In this document: in pieces, positions 15,151 through 24,435 of the stretch
Layout of the letters: each line of letters begins with the position of its first letter
Position numbering within the stretch: position 1 is the stretch's first letter
NCBI GenBank assembly: GCA_045601085.1
Contig: JAZRZD010000019.1
Location: 1 to 47,647 of the forward strand
Source of the DNA: Bacilli bacterium
GTDB lineage: Bacteria > Bacillota_I > Bacilli_A > RFN20 > CAG-826
DNA: 47,647 bases
Reading direction: 5' to 3'
Made by a program: the position numbers and the translations under genes
Notes under the pieces: model-generated
Databases searched by the model: none
What the model was told of the DNA's origin: nothing
Seen by the model: only the letters and a program-made list of their open reading frames with translations

Positions 15151-17925
15151 TTAGGCATTTGGAGTAACTGGAAAGCCAATATCCCAGTCATTTAATGTCA
15201 TTGGAAGGTATCCAACTTTAAGTAAATAATCAAATGTCATACTATTTGTCTTCTTAGAAGAATATGTATCAAATGTGCAGTATGATGTTGATTCACCACC
15301 ATAGACGAATCTACCTGATTTTGGAGTAGATGTATCAGCGTAATAAACTTTTGAATTAGCTGTATCAATATGACCATCTTTATCGTGGAAAACTTCCATA
15401 CCAATTGCCATTCTAGCGTGTGAAGTTTTATCAATAGCAACTCCACTTGCGTTATATTCTTTACCTCTAGAAACAATAGCGTCACCTGGACGAATCTTTA
15501 AGAAGACTTCTTCGTAAATGTTTTTACCAGCAGCTTCAAGATCGGCGGCTAATTGTTGTTGGAATAATGTTGTTTCATTATCTGGCATTGTAGGAGTTGC
15601 AGGATTACCAACAACAGAGACGATGTCATAATGTTTAGCAGTAGAACTATAAGTTACTTCACCAGTTGTGCTATTAACTTTTTTACTGTTATATTCAGGA
15701 ATTTCACCAACACCTGGATCAATAGCATCAGCAGCATATTCTATAACGCCATATAAGTATTCATCCTTTGGAGCAACATTGACATTTCTAAGGAATTTTT
15801 TACCAAATGTTAATGTATATGCAGCACTTACAGCAGCAGCACAGTCAAGACCATGTACTTGAGTACCAACAAAGCATTCTTCAATATGTTCATAATCATA
15901 GAAATCTCTAAGATTTGTGGTATAAAGAGTTCCTCTATATTTACCTGGTTTGAATAAGTGAATGCCATAGCCATCTTTATAAACCCAAGGAGTTGTTGTT
16001 TCCCATGGAGAAGAAGCAAGGCTATTCATATTATCACATGCAAGTTTTCTATTTCCTGTAGCAGTATAGACAACTTCACCATCAACTTTAACAGTGTATG
16101 TACCGTCATAACGTTTTGGAGTAGTCTTTACGTATTTACCAACACTCTTAATGTAATAAGTTTTAGTGGTCTCATCGTAACCTAAATCTTCTCTAGAAAT
16201 GTTAAGATTCATTGCAGGTCTTGTACCTTTAACATCTGTTACTGACTTGTTATATAATTTGAAATCACCACTAGCCTTAACTTGATCGTTATTGGTTGTG
16301 TTATCACTTCTTAACAAATAATCTTCAGGTAATCTTAAGATTTCATCATTAAGGAATCCTTGAACTTCTTCTCTACTAAGGAAGAACATTTTAGCATTTT
16401 CTAACCTCTTTGTTGGATCACTTGAACCTAATGGTGCATTACATGGAATGATTAAATTATTCAATGTGTCTGGGAAGAATCTTCTTATATATTCTTGGCA
16501 CCATGCTTCAGCAGCAGTTCCAGCAAAATAATAGTTTTTAGTCACACCATCAGCTGGGTATTTAGTCATACCAGCAAGGTCTGCAGAAACCACAAACATA
16601 CCGTCATTACCTTCATTAGTCTTGAAGTCTAAGATATAGAAATCATTATAAGTTCCATCAACATATGGAATTCTAATCTTATCTAACTTACTAGCGTTAA
16701 TATATCCAGGTTTTGAACCGTTTTTGTTTTCGTAATTAGCAAATAATTCTGTATTGCTACTAATTACAATTGGGAATGTAACTTTATCATTACCTTCTCT
16801 ATCATATGACCAACCTGTGAATTTATAGCCATCTTTAATGTTTGGCATACCAATGGAGTTAATAATCTTATTATTTGGTACTTTAATGGATAATTTTTCT
16901 TGCCCATCATTGATTAAAGAACCACTAGTTAAGGAATATAGGTCTAAATTATAATCACTTAATAAGACTTCACCTTCTATATTTGCGCCAAAAGCTTCAC
17001 AGAATGTTCCTGATGAACCATATGCGGTTCTAGTATACATAAATAGTTCTTCTACTGTGAGGTTACCATCACTATCAAGGTCTGCAACAAATTTATCGTG
17101 GGCATTTTTAGTTAAACCAACACTTAATTGAGAACCAAGGTCACTAGGTAACACTATTGTAGTGTCGCTTGTGCTCTTATAGCTATAAGGACTACTAAAT
17201 GTGTATGTTTCATCACTTTGGAGAAGTGCTGGACCTGTAATAATTGTGTATTTTTCCTTATTAAGGCTTTTTATAACATTAACAACAGCATCAGATCTAA
17301 TCAAACGACCAGAATATGCGGCAGTTAACACAAAGAAGAACTTACCTTTGTAGTTATTAAACCATTTAACAACATCAGAGAATGCAACCTTTTTGTTTCC
17401 GCCAGTTGTATAGTCATCAAAAATTTGAAGATTACCATTACCATCACCGGTACAACTTAAAACAACATAGTTCATATCATTTTCTTCGTTATCACCAAAG
17501 AATGTGTCTAATTCATTTTTCCAGGAAGCTTTAACAGCGTCTACTGTATCACCTGTAATAGGTTCATAAGAATATAGTTTTGTATCAGGTTTAAAAGCTT
17601 CGTCAAAATTATTAAATGTATATTCACCTGCTCTTTGTAAACCATAATAACCGTCTTTTTGTGTGGTATTTTTGCAATCCCACGCTCTTACATAAAGATG
17701 TTTTTTCCCAATTGGATCTTCGACATCTTCTGTTTCCATCGCCTTTGTGTCGGTGATGTAATATGGAAAATCATAATCATAAATTTCATCATCGGTAGGT
17801 TGAGTAGGTCCTACAGGATTGGTTGGATCAATAGGATTAATAGGATCGGCATTACTAACACAGCCGGTTGCTAAGACACAAAAACCTAAAACGCTCGTTA
17901 AAATTGCTTTTTTATTCTTAAACAT
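15151..17925 (-). CDS. Family B lipoprotein B3: degenerate caspase-like domain, InlB-B repeat, DUF6273-like domain, NlpC/P60-like domain with Cys-His intact
   Basis: Lipobox LATGC; closest paralog of B1; GLDC695...RPGD...SH836ARM; caspase positions are Thr159 and Ala203. Confidence 0.72.
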   Translation of the reverse strand: MFKNKKAILTSVLGFCVLATGCVSNADPINPIDPTNPVGPTQPTDDEIYDYDFPYYITDTKAMETEDVEDPIGKKHLYVRAWDCKNTTQKDGYYGLQRAGEYTFNNFDEAFKPDTKLYSYEPITGDTVDAVKASWKNELDTFFGDNEENDMNYVVLSCTGDGNGNLQIFDDYTTGGNKKVAFSDVVKWFNNYKGKFFFVLTAAYSGRLIRSDAVVNVIKSLNKEKYTIITGPALLQSDETYTFSSPYSYKSTSDTTIVLPSDLGSQLSVGLTKNAHDKFVADLDSDGNLTVEELFMYTRTAYGSSGTFCEAFGANIEGEVLLSDYNLDLYSLTSGSLINDGQEKLSIKVPNNKIINSIGMPNIKDGYKFTGWSYDREGNDKVTFPIVISSNTELFANYENKNGSKPGYINASKLDKIRIPYVDGTYNDFYILDFKTNEGNDGMFVVSADLAGMTKYPADGVTKNYYFAGTAAEAWCQEYIRRFFPDTLNNLIIPCNAPLGSSDPTKRLENAKMFFLSREEVQGFLNDEILRLPEDYLLRSDNTTNNDQVKASGDFKLYNKSVTDVKGTRPAMNLNISREDLGYDETTKTYYIKSVGKYVKTTPKRYDGTYTVKVDGEVVYTATGNRKLACDNMNSLASSPWETTTPWVYKDGYGIHLFKPGKYRGTLYTTNLRDFYDYEHIEECFVGTQVHGLDCAAAVSAAYTLTFGKKFLRNVNVAPKDEYLYGVIEYAADAIDPGVGEIPEYNSKKVNSTTGEVTYSSTAKHYDIVSVVGNPATPTMPDNETTLFQQQLAADLEAAGKNIYEEVFLKIRPGDAIVSRGKEYNASGVAIDKTSHARMAIGMEVFHDKDGHIDTANSKVYYADTSTPKSGRFVYGGESTSYCTFDTYSSKKTNSMTFDYLLKVGYLPMTLNDWDIGFPVTPNA

Positions 17926-17964
17926 AGGCTTCCTCCTTTTTATATAAAAAGATTTCTTTCCTTT

Positions 17965-17993
17965 ATTATGTTATAAAAATAGTATTTTTTCAA
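17965..17993 (-). promoter_or_regulatory. SigA-type promoter of B3
   Basis: TTGAAA-17 nt-CATAAT, matching the B2 promoter hexamers. Confidence 0.65.
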
Positions 17994-18134
17994 AGTATTT
18001 TAATTAATAAGTGCTTTATCAAAAACATATAAAAATTAAATAAACCTTACAATGTAAGATATCATCAAGCAAAAAATGCACTTATCACGAAATATATTTA
18101 AAAATGGTAAATACGCACATATAATTTAGTTATT

Positions 18135-20120
18135 ATGAAGAAAAGAAATATATTAAGTTATTTAGTTTTGCCTTTTGTGCTTGTTTCATGTGTCACAAAT
18201 ACTGATCCACAACCTGAACCAGAACCAGAAGTCCCTAAAACAATTGAGGTAACAGACATTAGATCAATCCACACTGATTTACAAAAAGAATACATTTACG
18301 GTATTTATTCACAACTTCCATCAAGTTTAAGTCCTGGTGCTTCTGAAAAATCAAAACCAGCACCAATTGTTATTAATGTTGAAGACTCAACGGAATATTC
18401 TAAAAGCCAAGTTAGTGAATATACATTAAAGGTAAGTAAATCTAGTGAATTTGAAACATATAAGGAATATGCCAGCAATACTGGCACATTTTCTTTAACT
18501 AACTTAAACATTAATTGTTGCTATTACTATAAATATGATGCTCTTGTGGGAGATCAAACATATGAAAGTGATATCAAAGGTTTTTATATTGAAGATGAAT
18601 GTCCAAGAAACATTGATATTGAAGGAGTAACTAATGTTAGAGATATTGGTGGCTGGAAAATAGCAGGCACTAATAAACATATTCCCCAAAACTTACTCTA
18701 TAGATCTGCAAAACTTAATAGCTCATCTAGCACAAACATCACACAAAAAGGAATGGAACAATTTGCAGAACTTGGTATCAAAACTGAAATTGATTTAAGA
18801 AATACTCAAGATGAAGATTTACCAGATGAATCTGTTTTACCTGGTGTTAGTTATTATCATTGCGATATGGTTAATAGTTCAAACATTTCAAGTGATTTAA
18901 GTAAACAAGGAATTAAAAAAACTATGCAAATCCTTGCTGATAAGGATAACTATCCTATTCTTTATCACTGCACTTACGGAGCTGATCGTACTGGTTTTAT
19001 TTCATTTGCACTTGAAGCTTTAGCAGGTGTTGAAGAAGAAACACTTTATAAAGATTATATGTGGACTAATTTTGCAAGTATTGGCGGAAAAAGATCCACA
19101 TCCATAATTAGTGGATATATAAATGATATGCGCTACAGAAGTGGATGCAATGATATTGGTCTAGGTGTTGAGGCCTTCTTGTTAAGTATAGGGGTTACTC
19201 AAGCAGAAATTGACTCCATTAAAGCTATTCTTACTGGAGAAGAAGAAAATTATTTTGATGGCCATACACCAAAAGATAATTGGGAAAAAGTAGATGAAAA
19301 TAAACATTCTTTGTTCTGCGATGAATGTGGAGACCCACTTGTTACTGAAGAACATATTTTCACCGCTCCATTTGTGAAATTAGATGACAACGATAACCAT
19401 TTTATAAAATGTAAGAAATGCGGTTATGAAAAATCATTTGCCCACTCCTATATTGATGGTATTTGTGAATGTGGTAAAACTGAACCAGGAAATTCAAAAG
19501 CATATTCCTTTACACATCCTGCTAATCAAGCACTTTCTAATAAAGACTTATCAAGTATTACTAACTCAAATATCGACTACTCATCATATATTGTTTTAGA
19601 CATGACATTAGATATGGATTACATAGTTGCTGATTCAAGTAAAGCTAATGTATTTAAAGCATCATTTACTTGTGAAAATGGTGATACTTATGGATTTGGC
19701 TTAGGAAATGAATGCCCATCCACGGTCAATAATCTATCTGCAAGAATATTAACTCCTACAGGCGCTTGGAAGGGCAGTGTTGCCTACATTAAACTAATGA
19801 GGGAACCAGATTTTGATCAATATCTTTTAGATGGTAATAAATTCAAATTCCAAGCCAGAATGATAATAAATAACTTAGATTTGACTATAAAAATGTATTT
19901 TAGAATAGCCAAAGCCTCAGGCGGATACACTGATTGGTTAGAATCATCTACTGGTTGTGATGCTGCTTCAGTTTATGAAGATAAACATTTACCTGCACCA
20001 GTCGCAAATATTTACTTCACACATACAAGAAAAGAATGTGGATACACAGTTAGTAATTTACACTATTATTCATCTAGTGAAGCACAAAAGTTAGCCCATA
20101 ACCCGTCATTAGATAGTTAA
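18135..20120 (+). CDS. Lipoprotein tyrosine/lipid phosphatase (Y_phosphatase3 / MptpB-like CX5R) with His/Cys repeats
   Basis: Lipobox LVSC; NVRDIGG, LYRS, EIDLR; P-loop HCTYGADRTG (18966-18995); H...CxxCG repeats after the catalytic domain. Confidence 0.85.
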   Translation: MKKRNILSYLVLPFVLVSCVTNTDPQPEPEPEVPKTIEVTDIRSIHTDLQKEYIYGIYSQLPSSLSPGASEKSKPAPIVINVEDSTEYSKSQVSEYTLKVSKSSEFETYKEYASNTGTFSLTNLNINCCYYYKYDALVGDQTYESDIKGFYIEDECPRNIDIEGVTNVRDIGGWKIAGTNKHIPQNLLYRSAKLNSSSSTNITQKGMEQFAELGIKTEIDLRNTQDEDLPDESVLPGVSYYHCDMVNSSNISSDLSKQGIKKTMQILADKDNYPILYHCTYGADRTGFISFALEALAGVEEETLYKDYMWTNFASIGGKRSTSIISGYINDMRYRSGCNDIGLGVEAFLLSIGVTQAEIDSIKAILTGEEENYFDGHTPKDNWEKVDENKHSLFCDECGDPLVTEEHIFTAPFVKLDDNDNHFIKCKKCGYEKSFAHSYIDGICECGKTEPGNSKAYSFTHPANQALSNKDLSSITNSNIDYSSYIVLDMTLDMDYIVADSSKANVFKASFTCENGDTYGFGLGNECPSTVNNLSARILTPTGAWKGSVAYIKLMREPDFDQYLLDGNKFKFQARMIINNLDLTIKMYFRIAKASGGYTDWLESSTGCDAASVYEDKHLPAPVANIYFTHTRKECGYTVSNLHYYSSSEAQKLAHNPSLDS

Positions 20121-20142
20121 GATTTACAGCTATTAGATATGG

Positions 20143-20168
20143 AAAAAGAGCCGGCTGGCTCTTTTCTT
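20143..20168. terminator. Bidirectional terminator between phosphatase and A3
   Basis: AAAAAGAGCC-GGCT-GGCTCTTTT between convergent genes. Confidence 0.85.
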
Positions 20169-20187
20169 TGTTTTGAATGGTTATAAT

Positions 20188-21522
20188 TTATGCTGGAACA
20201 ACTTGTAAGTGCTTAACACTATTATTCTTAATTCCGGTTGTATCTGTGATATCCAGGCTTGTTTGAAGAACATCATTAAAGTAAACTTTAGAACCGGATG
20301 CGAATTTAAGTTTTCTAGCATTGCTACCATTACTTACAACTGCAAGGTTTGTTGTAGTGATATCTAATGCTCCATTAACAGTAATTGGCGTATAGTATGC
20401 TTTAATACCATAATAATAACCTTTGATTGTTAATTTAGCGCCTTCATTAATTGTTAAGATACTTTCTCTCATAGCATATCCATTAGTGACACTAGGATAT
20501 GAACTTGGATAATTAATGGTTAAATTATTATCAATAATAACTTCAGACATAGCGGCAACTGCGGTGCTACTTGAGAATTTAAGTGTGCCATCTTCAACTC
20601 CCTTAGGAGCGTTAATTGTTAATGGTCCTCCAGTAATAATATATTTAGGAGCGGCAAACGAAGTGGATGGGAAGATTAAACAAGTATTATTAAGTGTTAC
20701 TCCACTAGATTTTTTTACATTAATTGTCACAGTTTGTGTGGACCAATTAACTGACATTTCAATATCAGGGAATAACTTATTAAAGTCTTTGTAATTGCAA
20801 TGTGTTGTAACCATCTTTCCAGTATCATAATTATCAACATCAACATATCCATAATCATAATTTTTAGTAACAACATATGAATCTCTAGAGATAATTGAGG
20901 CATCTTTAAGAGTCCATGTTTCAGTTAAAACGTTAGATTCTGCTCTAACGGAGGTTTTACTATAGTTAGTGTCATTTAATATAGGTATTTCCACTGCTTC
21001 AATAGTTGCATTACAAACACTACATGTTCCACTAGCGGTAAGACCAGGGGATTCTAAAGTTGGTTCAACTTCAGCAGTTGCATTTATAAGGGTATGTTCA
21101 TCAATGTCTTTTCCAAAAACTTTATCTTCATATCCTGCATCTGTACATCCATGCCAATGGTGTCTTCCATCAGATGACCATGATGAAGAATAATGGAGTT
21201 CTAATTTAGGAATATCTTGTTTTTCTATTACATAACCACAAACGGTGCATTTATTACTTTTTACACCTTTGGCGTCTACGGTTGGTTGTTTAGTGGTAAC
21301 CCATTCGAATGTATGTTTTGTTTTGTTAAACATTTCTTCACAACCAGGATCAGCACAATAATGCCAATGGTATGTATTATCTTTATCCCAAGCGGTAGAT
21401 ACATTATGACCTGTTGGATCAGGTGATGGTTCTGGAGCAGGATCTCCTCCAGCACTACAACCCACAGCAAAAACAATTAATGGGAGTAAAAATAATAATT
21501 TTGTCTTCTTATAACTTGCCAT
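20188..21522 (-). CDS. Family A lipoprotein A3
   Basis: Lipobox AVGC; N-terminal repeat region nearly identical to A2 (YHWHYCADPGCEEMFNK). Confidence 0.8.
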   Translation of the reverse strand: MASYKKTKLLFLLPLIVFAVGCSAGGDPAPEPSPDPTGHNVSTAWDKDNTYHWHYCADPGCEEMFNKTKHTFEWVTTKQPTVDAKGVKSNKCTVCGYVIEKQDIPKLELHYSSSWSSDGRHHWHGCTDAGYEDKVFGKDIDEHTLINATAEVEPTLESPGLTASGTCSVCNATIEAVEIPILNDTNYSKTSVRAESNVLTETWTLKDASIISRDSYVVTKNYDYGYVDVDNYDTGKMVTTHCNYKDFNKLFPDIEMSVNWSTQTVTINVKKSSGVTLNNTCLIFPSTSFAAPKYIITGGPLTINAPKGVEDGTLKFSSSTAVAAMSEVIIDNNLTINYPSSYPSVTNGYAMRESILTINEGAKLTIKGYYYGIKAYYTPITVNGALDITTTNLAVVSNGSNARKLKFASGSKVYFNDVLQTSLDITDTTGIKNNSVKHLQVVPA

Positions 21523-21681
21523 ATTGTTTACTTTTTTTATTTTAGTTTAAAACAAATAAAAATATCTAATAAAATTTCATTTTTTATCTAAAAAGAGCCA
21601 GTGATCCAATTTTCATAATTTTATTTTTCTCTTCTATTTGATTTGTGATTCCATTTTCATATATTCCATACAAATCCAAAC

Positions 21682-21710
21682 AAAAAGGACCCTATTGCTA
21701 GGGTCCCTTT
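21682..21710 (-). terminator. Terminator of rpsF-ssb-rpsR
   Basis: Minus strand GGGACCCTAG-CAA-TAGGGTCC-TTTTT. Confidence 0.85.
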
Positions 21711-21730
21711 AACTGCATTGTGAATTCTAA

Positions 21731-21958
21731 CTAATCAGCAATATATGGTAATAATGCCATGAATCTTGCATTTTTAATTGCTTTAGCGATTTCTCTTTGA
21801 TGTTTGGCACATGTACCGGTTTGTCTTCTAGGAGCAATCTTACCATTTGGGGTAATCATTGTCTTTAAAGTTTCGACATCTTTATAATCGATGACTTTAT
21901 TTTTTTCTTTACAGAAGATACACACTTTTTTGTGTGGTCTAACTTTCTTATAAACCAT
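21731..21958 (-). CDS. rpsR: 30S ribosomal protein S18 (Zn-binding C+ type)
   Basis: CxFC, IDYKD, GKI.PRR.TG.CAKHQR, AIK.AR...LLPY. Confidence 0.98.
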   Translation of the reverse strand: MVYKKVRPHKKVCIFCKEKNKVIDYKDVETLKTMITPNGKIAPRRQTGTCAKHQREIAKAIKNARFMALLPYIAD

Positions 21959-21978
21959 ATTTTATAATTCCTTTCTTT

Positions 21979-22404
21979 TTAGAATGGAAGATCATCATCA
22001 GTTGTATCAAGAGATTCACTGATTTTTGGTTCATTAGCAGTATCTGATGCAAATGTTGTATCAGCTTGAATTTCGTCGTTAGTGGATTTTGGTTCTAAGA
22101 ATTGAACTGAATCACAAATAACTTCGAATGCGCTACCTTTTGTACCATCTTGACGAGTGAATGATCTTTGATTGAGACGACCTTCAACACCAACTAAAGC
22201 ACCTTTTTTAATAAATTTGATCACATTGTCTGCAGAATTTTGGAAGCAAACGCAAGGAATGAAGCTAGCACTTTTAGTGCCATCAGGATTCTTTTGACGA
22301 TTGTCCACTGCTACAGTGAATGAACAAACTGATGTTCCAGTGTTTGTTGGTTTGAGTTCTGGGTCACGAGTTAAACGACCTACTAGAACGATACGATTAA
22401 TCAT
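21979..22404 (-). CDS. ssb: Single-stranded DNA-binding protein
   Basis: MINRIVLVGRLTRDPEL, C-terminal DDDLPF; canonical position between rpsF and rpsR. Confidence 0.98.
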   Translation of the reverse strand: MINRIVLVGRLTRDPELKPTNTGTSVCSFTVAVDNRQKNPDGTKSASFIPCVCFQNSADNVIKFIKKGALVGVEGRLNQRSFTRQDGTKGSAFEVICDSVQFLEPKSTNDEIQADTTFASDTANEPKISESLDTTDDDLPF

Positions 22405-22423
22405 TGGTTTTCTCCTCCTTTAC

Positions 22424-22708
22424 TTATTTAGAGACAATCAAATGACGTAATACGTTTGAGTCAATACGCACTAAACGATTGAATTCGTTAATTGCTTCAT
22501 TTCCCATTTCAACATCAAGAACGACATAAAAGCCTTTCTTTTGTTCTTTAATTGGGTAAGCAAGTTCGCGTAAGCCCATAGATTCATCAACTTTCTTAAC
22601 ATTAGCACCGTTGTCGGTGAGAATTTTAGAAAGTTTCTCAACAGCGTCTTTGTGTTGAGCTTCATCTAAATCGGCTCTCAAAATGTACATGATTTCATAA
22701 TTGTGCAT
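22424..22708 (-). CDS. rpsF: 30S ribosomal protein S6
   Basis: YEIMYIL, G.R.LAYPI, VLRHL. Confidence 0.98.
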   Translation of the reverse strand: MHNYEIMYILRADLDEAQHKDAVEKLSKILTDNGANVKKVDESMGLRELAYPIKEQKKGFYVVLDVEMGNEAINEFNRLVRIDSNVLRHLIVSK

Positions 22709-22711
22709 TTT

Positions 22712-22765
22712 TTCTACCTCCCTTTGGTCTTCTGGTTATTATTAATCTAATAACAGAGAGTACGC
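22712..22765 (-). promoter_or_regulatory. Candidate S6:S18 autoregulatory leader RNA
   Basis: Pyrimidine tract ACUCUC, hairpin CUGUUAUUA/UAAUAAccAG, then GACCA directly before SD GGGAGG; resembles the known rpsF leader layout. Confidence 0.45.
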
Positions 22766-22783
22766 TATATAAATAGCAATAGT

Positions 22784-22812
22784 ATTATAAACACAAGTTA
22801 TAAATATGTAAA
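22784..22812 (-). promoter_or_regulatory. SigA promoter of rpsF operon
   Basis: TTTACA-17 nt-TATAAT. Confidence 0.7.
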
Positions 22813-22881
22813 GCGTACACGTGAGAAATGATTATCTCTTACTTATATATGGGGTAGTTTTTGTGTATTTTATAAAACAAG

Positions 22882-22904
22882 AAAAAAGGAGGATGAATCC
22901 TCCT
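22882..22904 (-). terminator. Terminator after lysS
   Basis: Minus strand AGGAGGAT-TC-ATCCTCCT-TTTTT. Confidence 0.85.
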
Positions 22905-22910
22905 AATTTT

Positions 22911-24383
22911 TTATTTTGTTTTCATTGTTGGGAACAATATTACTTCCCTAATGTTTGGTTGGTTTGTAAGAAGCATTACGAATCTATCAATACCCATTCC
23001 GATACCACCGGTTGGAGGCATACCGTATTCAAGTGCTTCAATGAAGTCTTCATCAATATCACCTGCTTCTTCATCGCCAAGTTCTTTTGCTTTTAATTGA
23101 GCATCAAATCTTTCTTTTTGATCAATTGGATCATTAAGTTCGGTATATGCATTAGCAAGTTCATGACCATTCACAAATAACTCAAATCTTTCAACAAATC
23201 GAGGATCTGCACTCTTTTTGGTAAGTGGAGATACTTCAATTGGGTAGCAATATACGAATGTTGGTTGAATTAATGAAGATTCACAATATTCTTCAAAGAA
23301 TTCATTCATTACATAGCCAACAGTGTTTTTAAAATTATCAAGATGGATATCGTGTTCCTCTGCTAATTTTTTAGCTTCATCAAATGATGTTATCTTTTCA
23401 AAATCAATGCCTGTTTTTTCTTTAACAATGTCATTCATTTTGACCCATCTAAATGGTTTTTGGAAATTAATTTCAGTTCCTTGATAATCAATAATTGCAG
23501 AACCAGTAACATCTTTACTAACTTTTCTAATTAATCCTTCAAAGAGTTTTCCAATACCTTTTAAATCTGTATATGCTTGATATGCTTCAATCATAGTAAA
23601 TTCTGGATTATGTGTTGCGTCCATTCCTTCATTTCTAAAGATTCTACCAATTTCATATACTCTTTCTAAACCACCAACAATTAATCTTTTTAAGTTTAAT
23701 TCTGTAGCTATTCTCAAATAAAAGTTTTGATCTAATGTATTGTGATGAGTAACAAATGGACGAGCACTAGCACCACCTAAAATAGGAGATAACATACTTG
23801 TTTCAACTTCAATAAATCCTTGGCCATCAAGATAAGATTGAATTGCACGAATAATTTTTGCTCTTTTAATAGCAGTTTCTCTAGCGTCATCATTCATGAT
23901 TAAGTCTAGATATCTTCTTCTACTTCTTTCTTCAACATCCACTAAGCCATGGAATTTTTCTGGAAGAGGATGTAAACATTTTGTTAAATGTGTGTATTTT
24001 TCAGCTCTAATTGTTAGTTCGCCAGTTTTAGTCATCATGACTCTACCATAGATACCAACGATATCTCCAATGTCGCTTACTTTGAATAATTCATAAGTTT
24101 TCTTTCCGACAACATCAATACCCATATAGACTTGGATAGCGCCACTTTTATCTTGGATTTTCATAAATGAAGCTTTGCCCATTCTACGAATTGCCATGAT
24201 TCTTCCGGCAACAGAAACATAAAGATTCATTTTATCTAAAGCTTTAGAAGATTTTTTACCAACTTTTGCTCTAATATCCGATACATGTGCAGTAACTTTA
24301 TATGCTTTACCGTATGGATTTTTATATTTAGAAAGTTTTTCTCTTCTAACCACTTCTTGGTCACTTAATTCTCTAGTTTCCAT
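22911..24383 (-). CDS. lysS: Lysine--tRNA ligase (class II)
   Basis: GGASARPF.THHN, FRNEG, HNPEFT, YGMPPTGG.G.GIDR. Confidence 0.98.
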   Translation of the reverse strand: METRELSDQEVVRREKLSKYKNPYGKAYKVTAHVSDIRAKVGKKSSKALDKMNLYVSVAGRIMAIRRMGKASFMKIQDKSGAIQVYMGIDVVGKKTYELFKVSDIGDIVGIYGRVMMTKTGELTIRAEKYTHLTKCLHPLPEKFHGLVDVEERSRRRYLDLIMNDDARETAIKRAKIIRAIQSYLDGQGFIEVETSMLSPILGGASARPFVTHHNTLDQNFYLRIATELNLKRLIVGGLERVYEIGRIFRNEGMDATHNPEFTMIEAYQAYTDLKGIGKLFEGLIRKVSKDVTGSAIIDYQGTEINFQKPFRWVKMNDIVKEKTGIDFEKITSFDEAKKLAEEHDIHLDNFKNTVGYVMNEFFEEYCESSLIQPTFVYCYPIEVSPLTKKSADPRFVERFELFVNGHELANAYTELNDPIDQKERFDAQLKAKELGDEEAGDIDEDFIEALEYGMPPTGGIGMGIDRFVMLLTNQPNIREVILFPTMKTK

Positions 24384-24435
24384 AATTTCTACCTCGCATT
24401 ATATATTAATTAATATCTTGTTATTTTTCAAATAA

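Noticed and set aside
9140-16410. B1/B3 near-identical segments around a G-x-R-P motif as a diversity-generating retroelement template/variable repeat pair
   Set aside because: No reverse transcriptase in the window, both copies lie inside full-length paralogs, and the mismatches are not restricted to adenines.
6572-21522. Prophage, ICE or invertase-driven shufflon as the origin of the lipoprotein array
   Set aside because: No integrase, recombinase, att-like direct repeats or repeated inversion sites; every copy has its own signal peptide.
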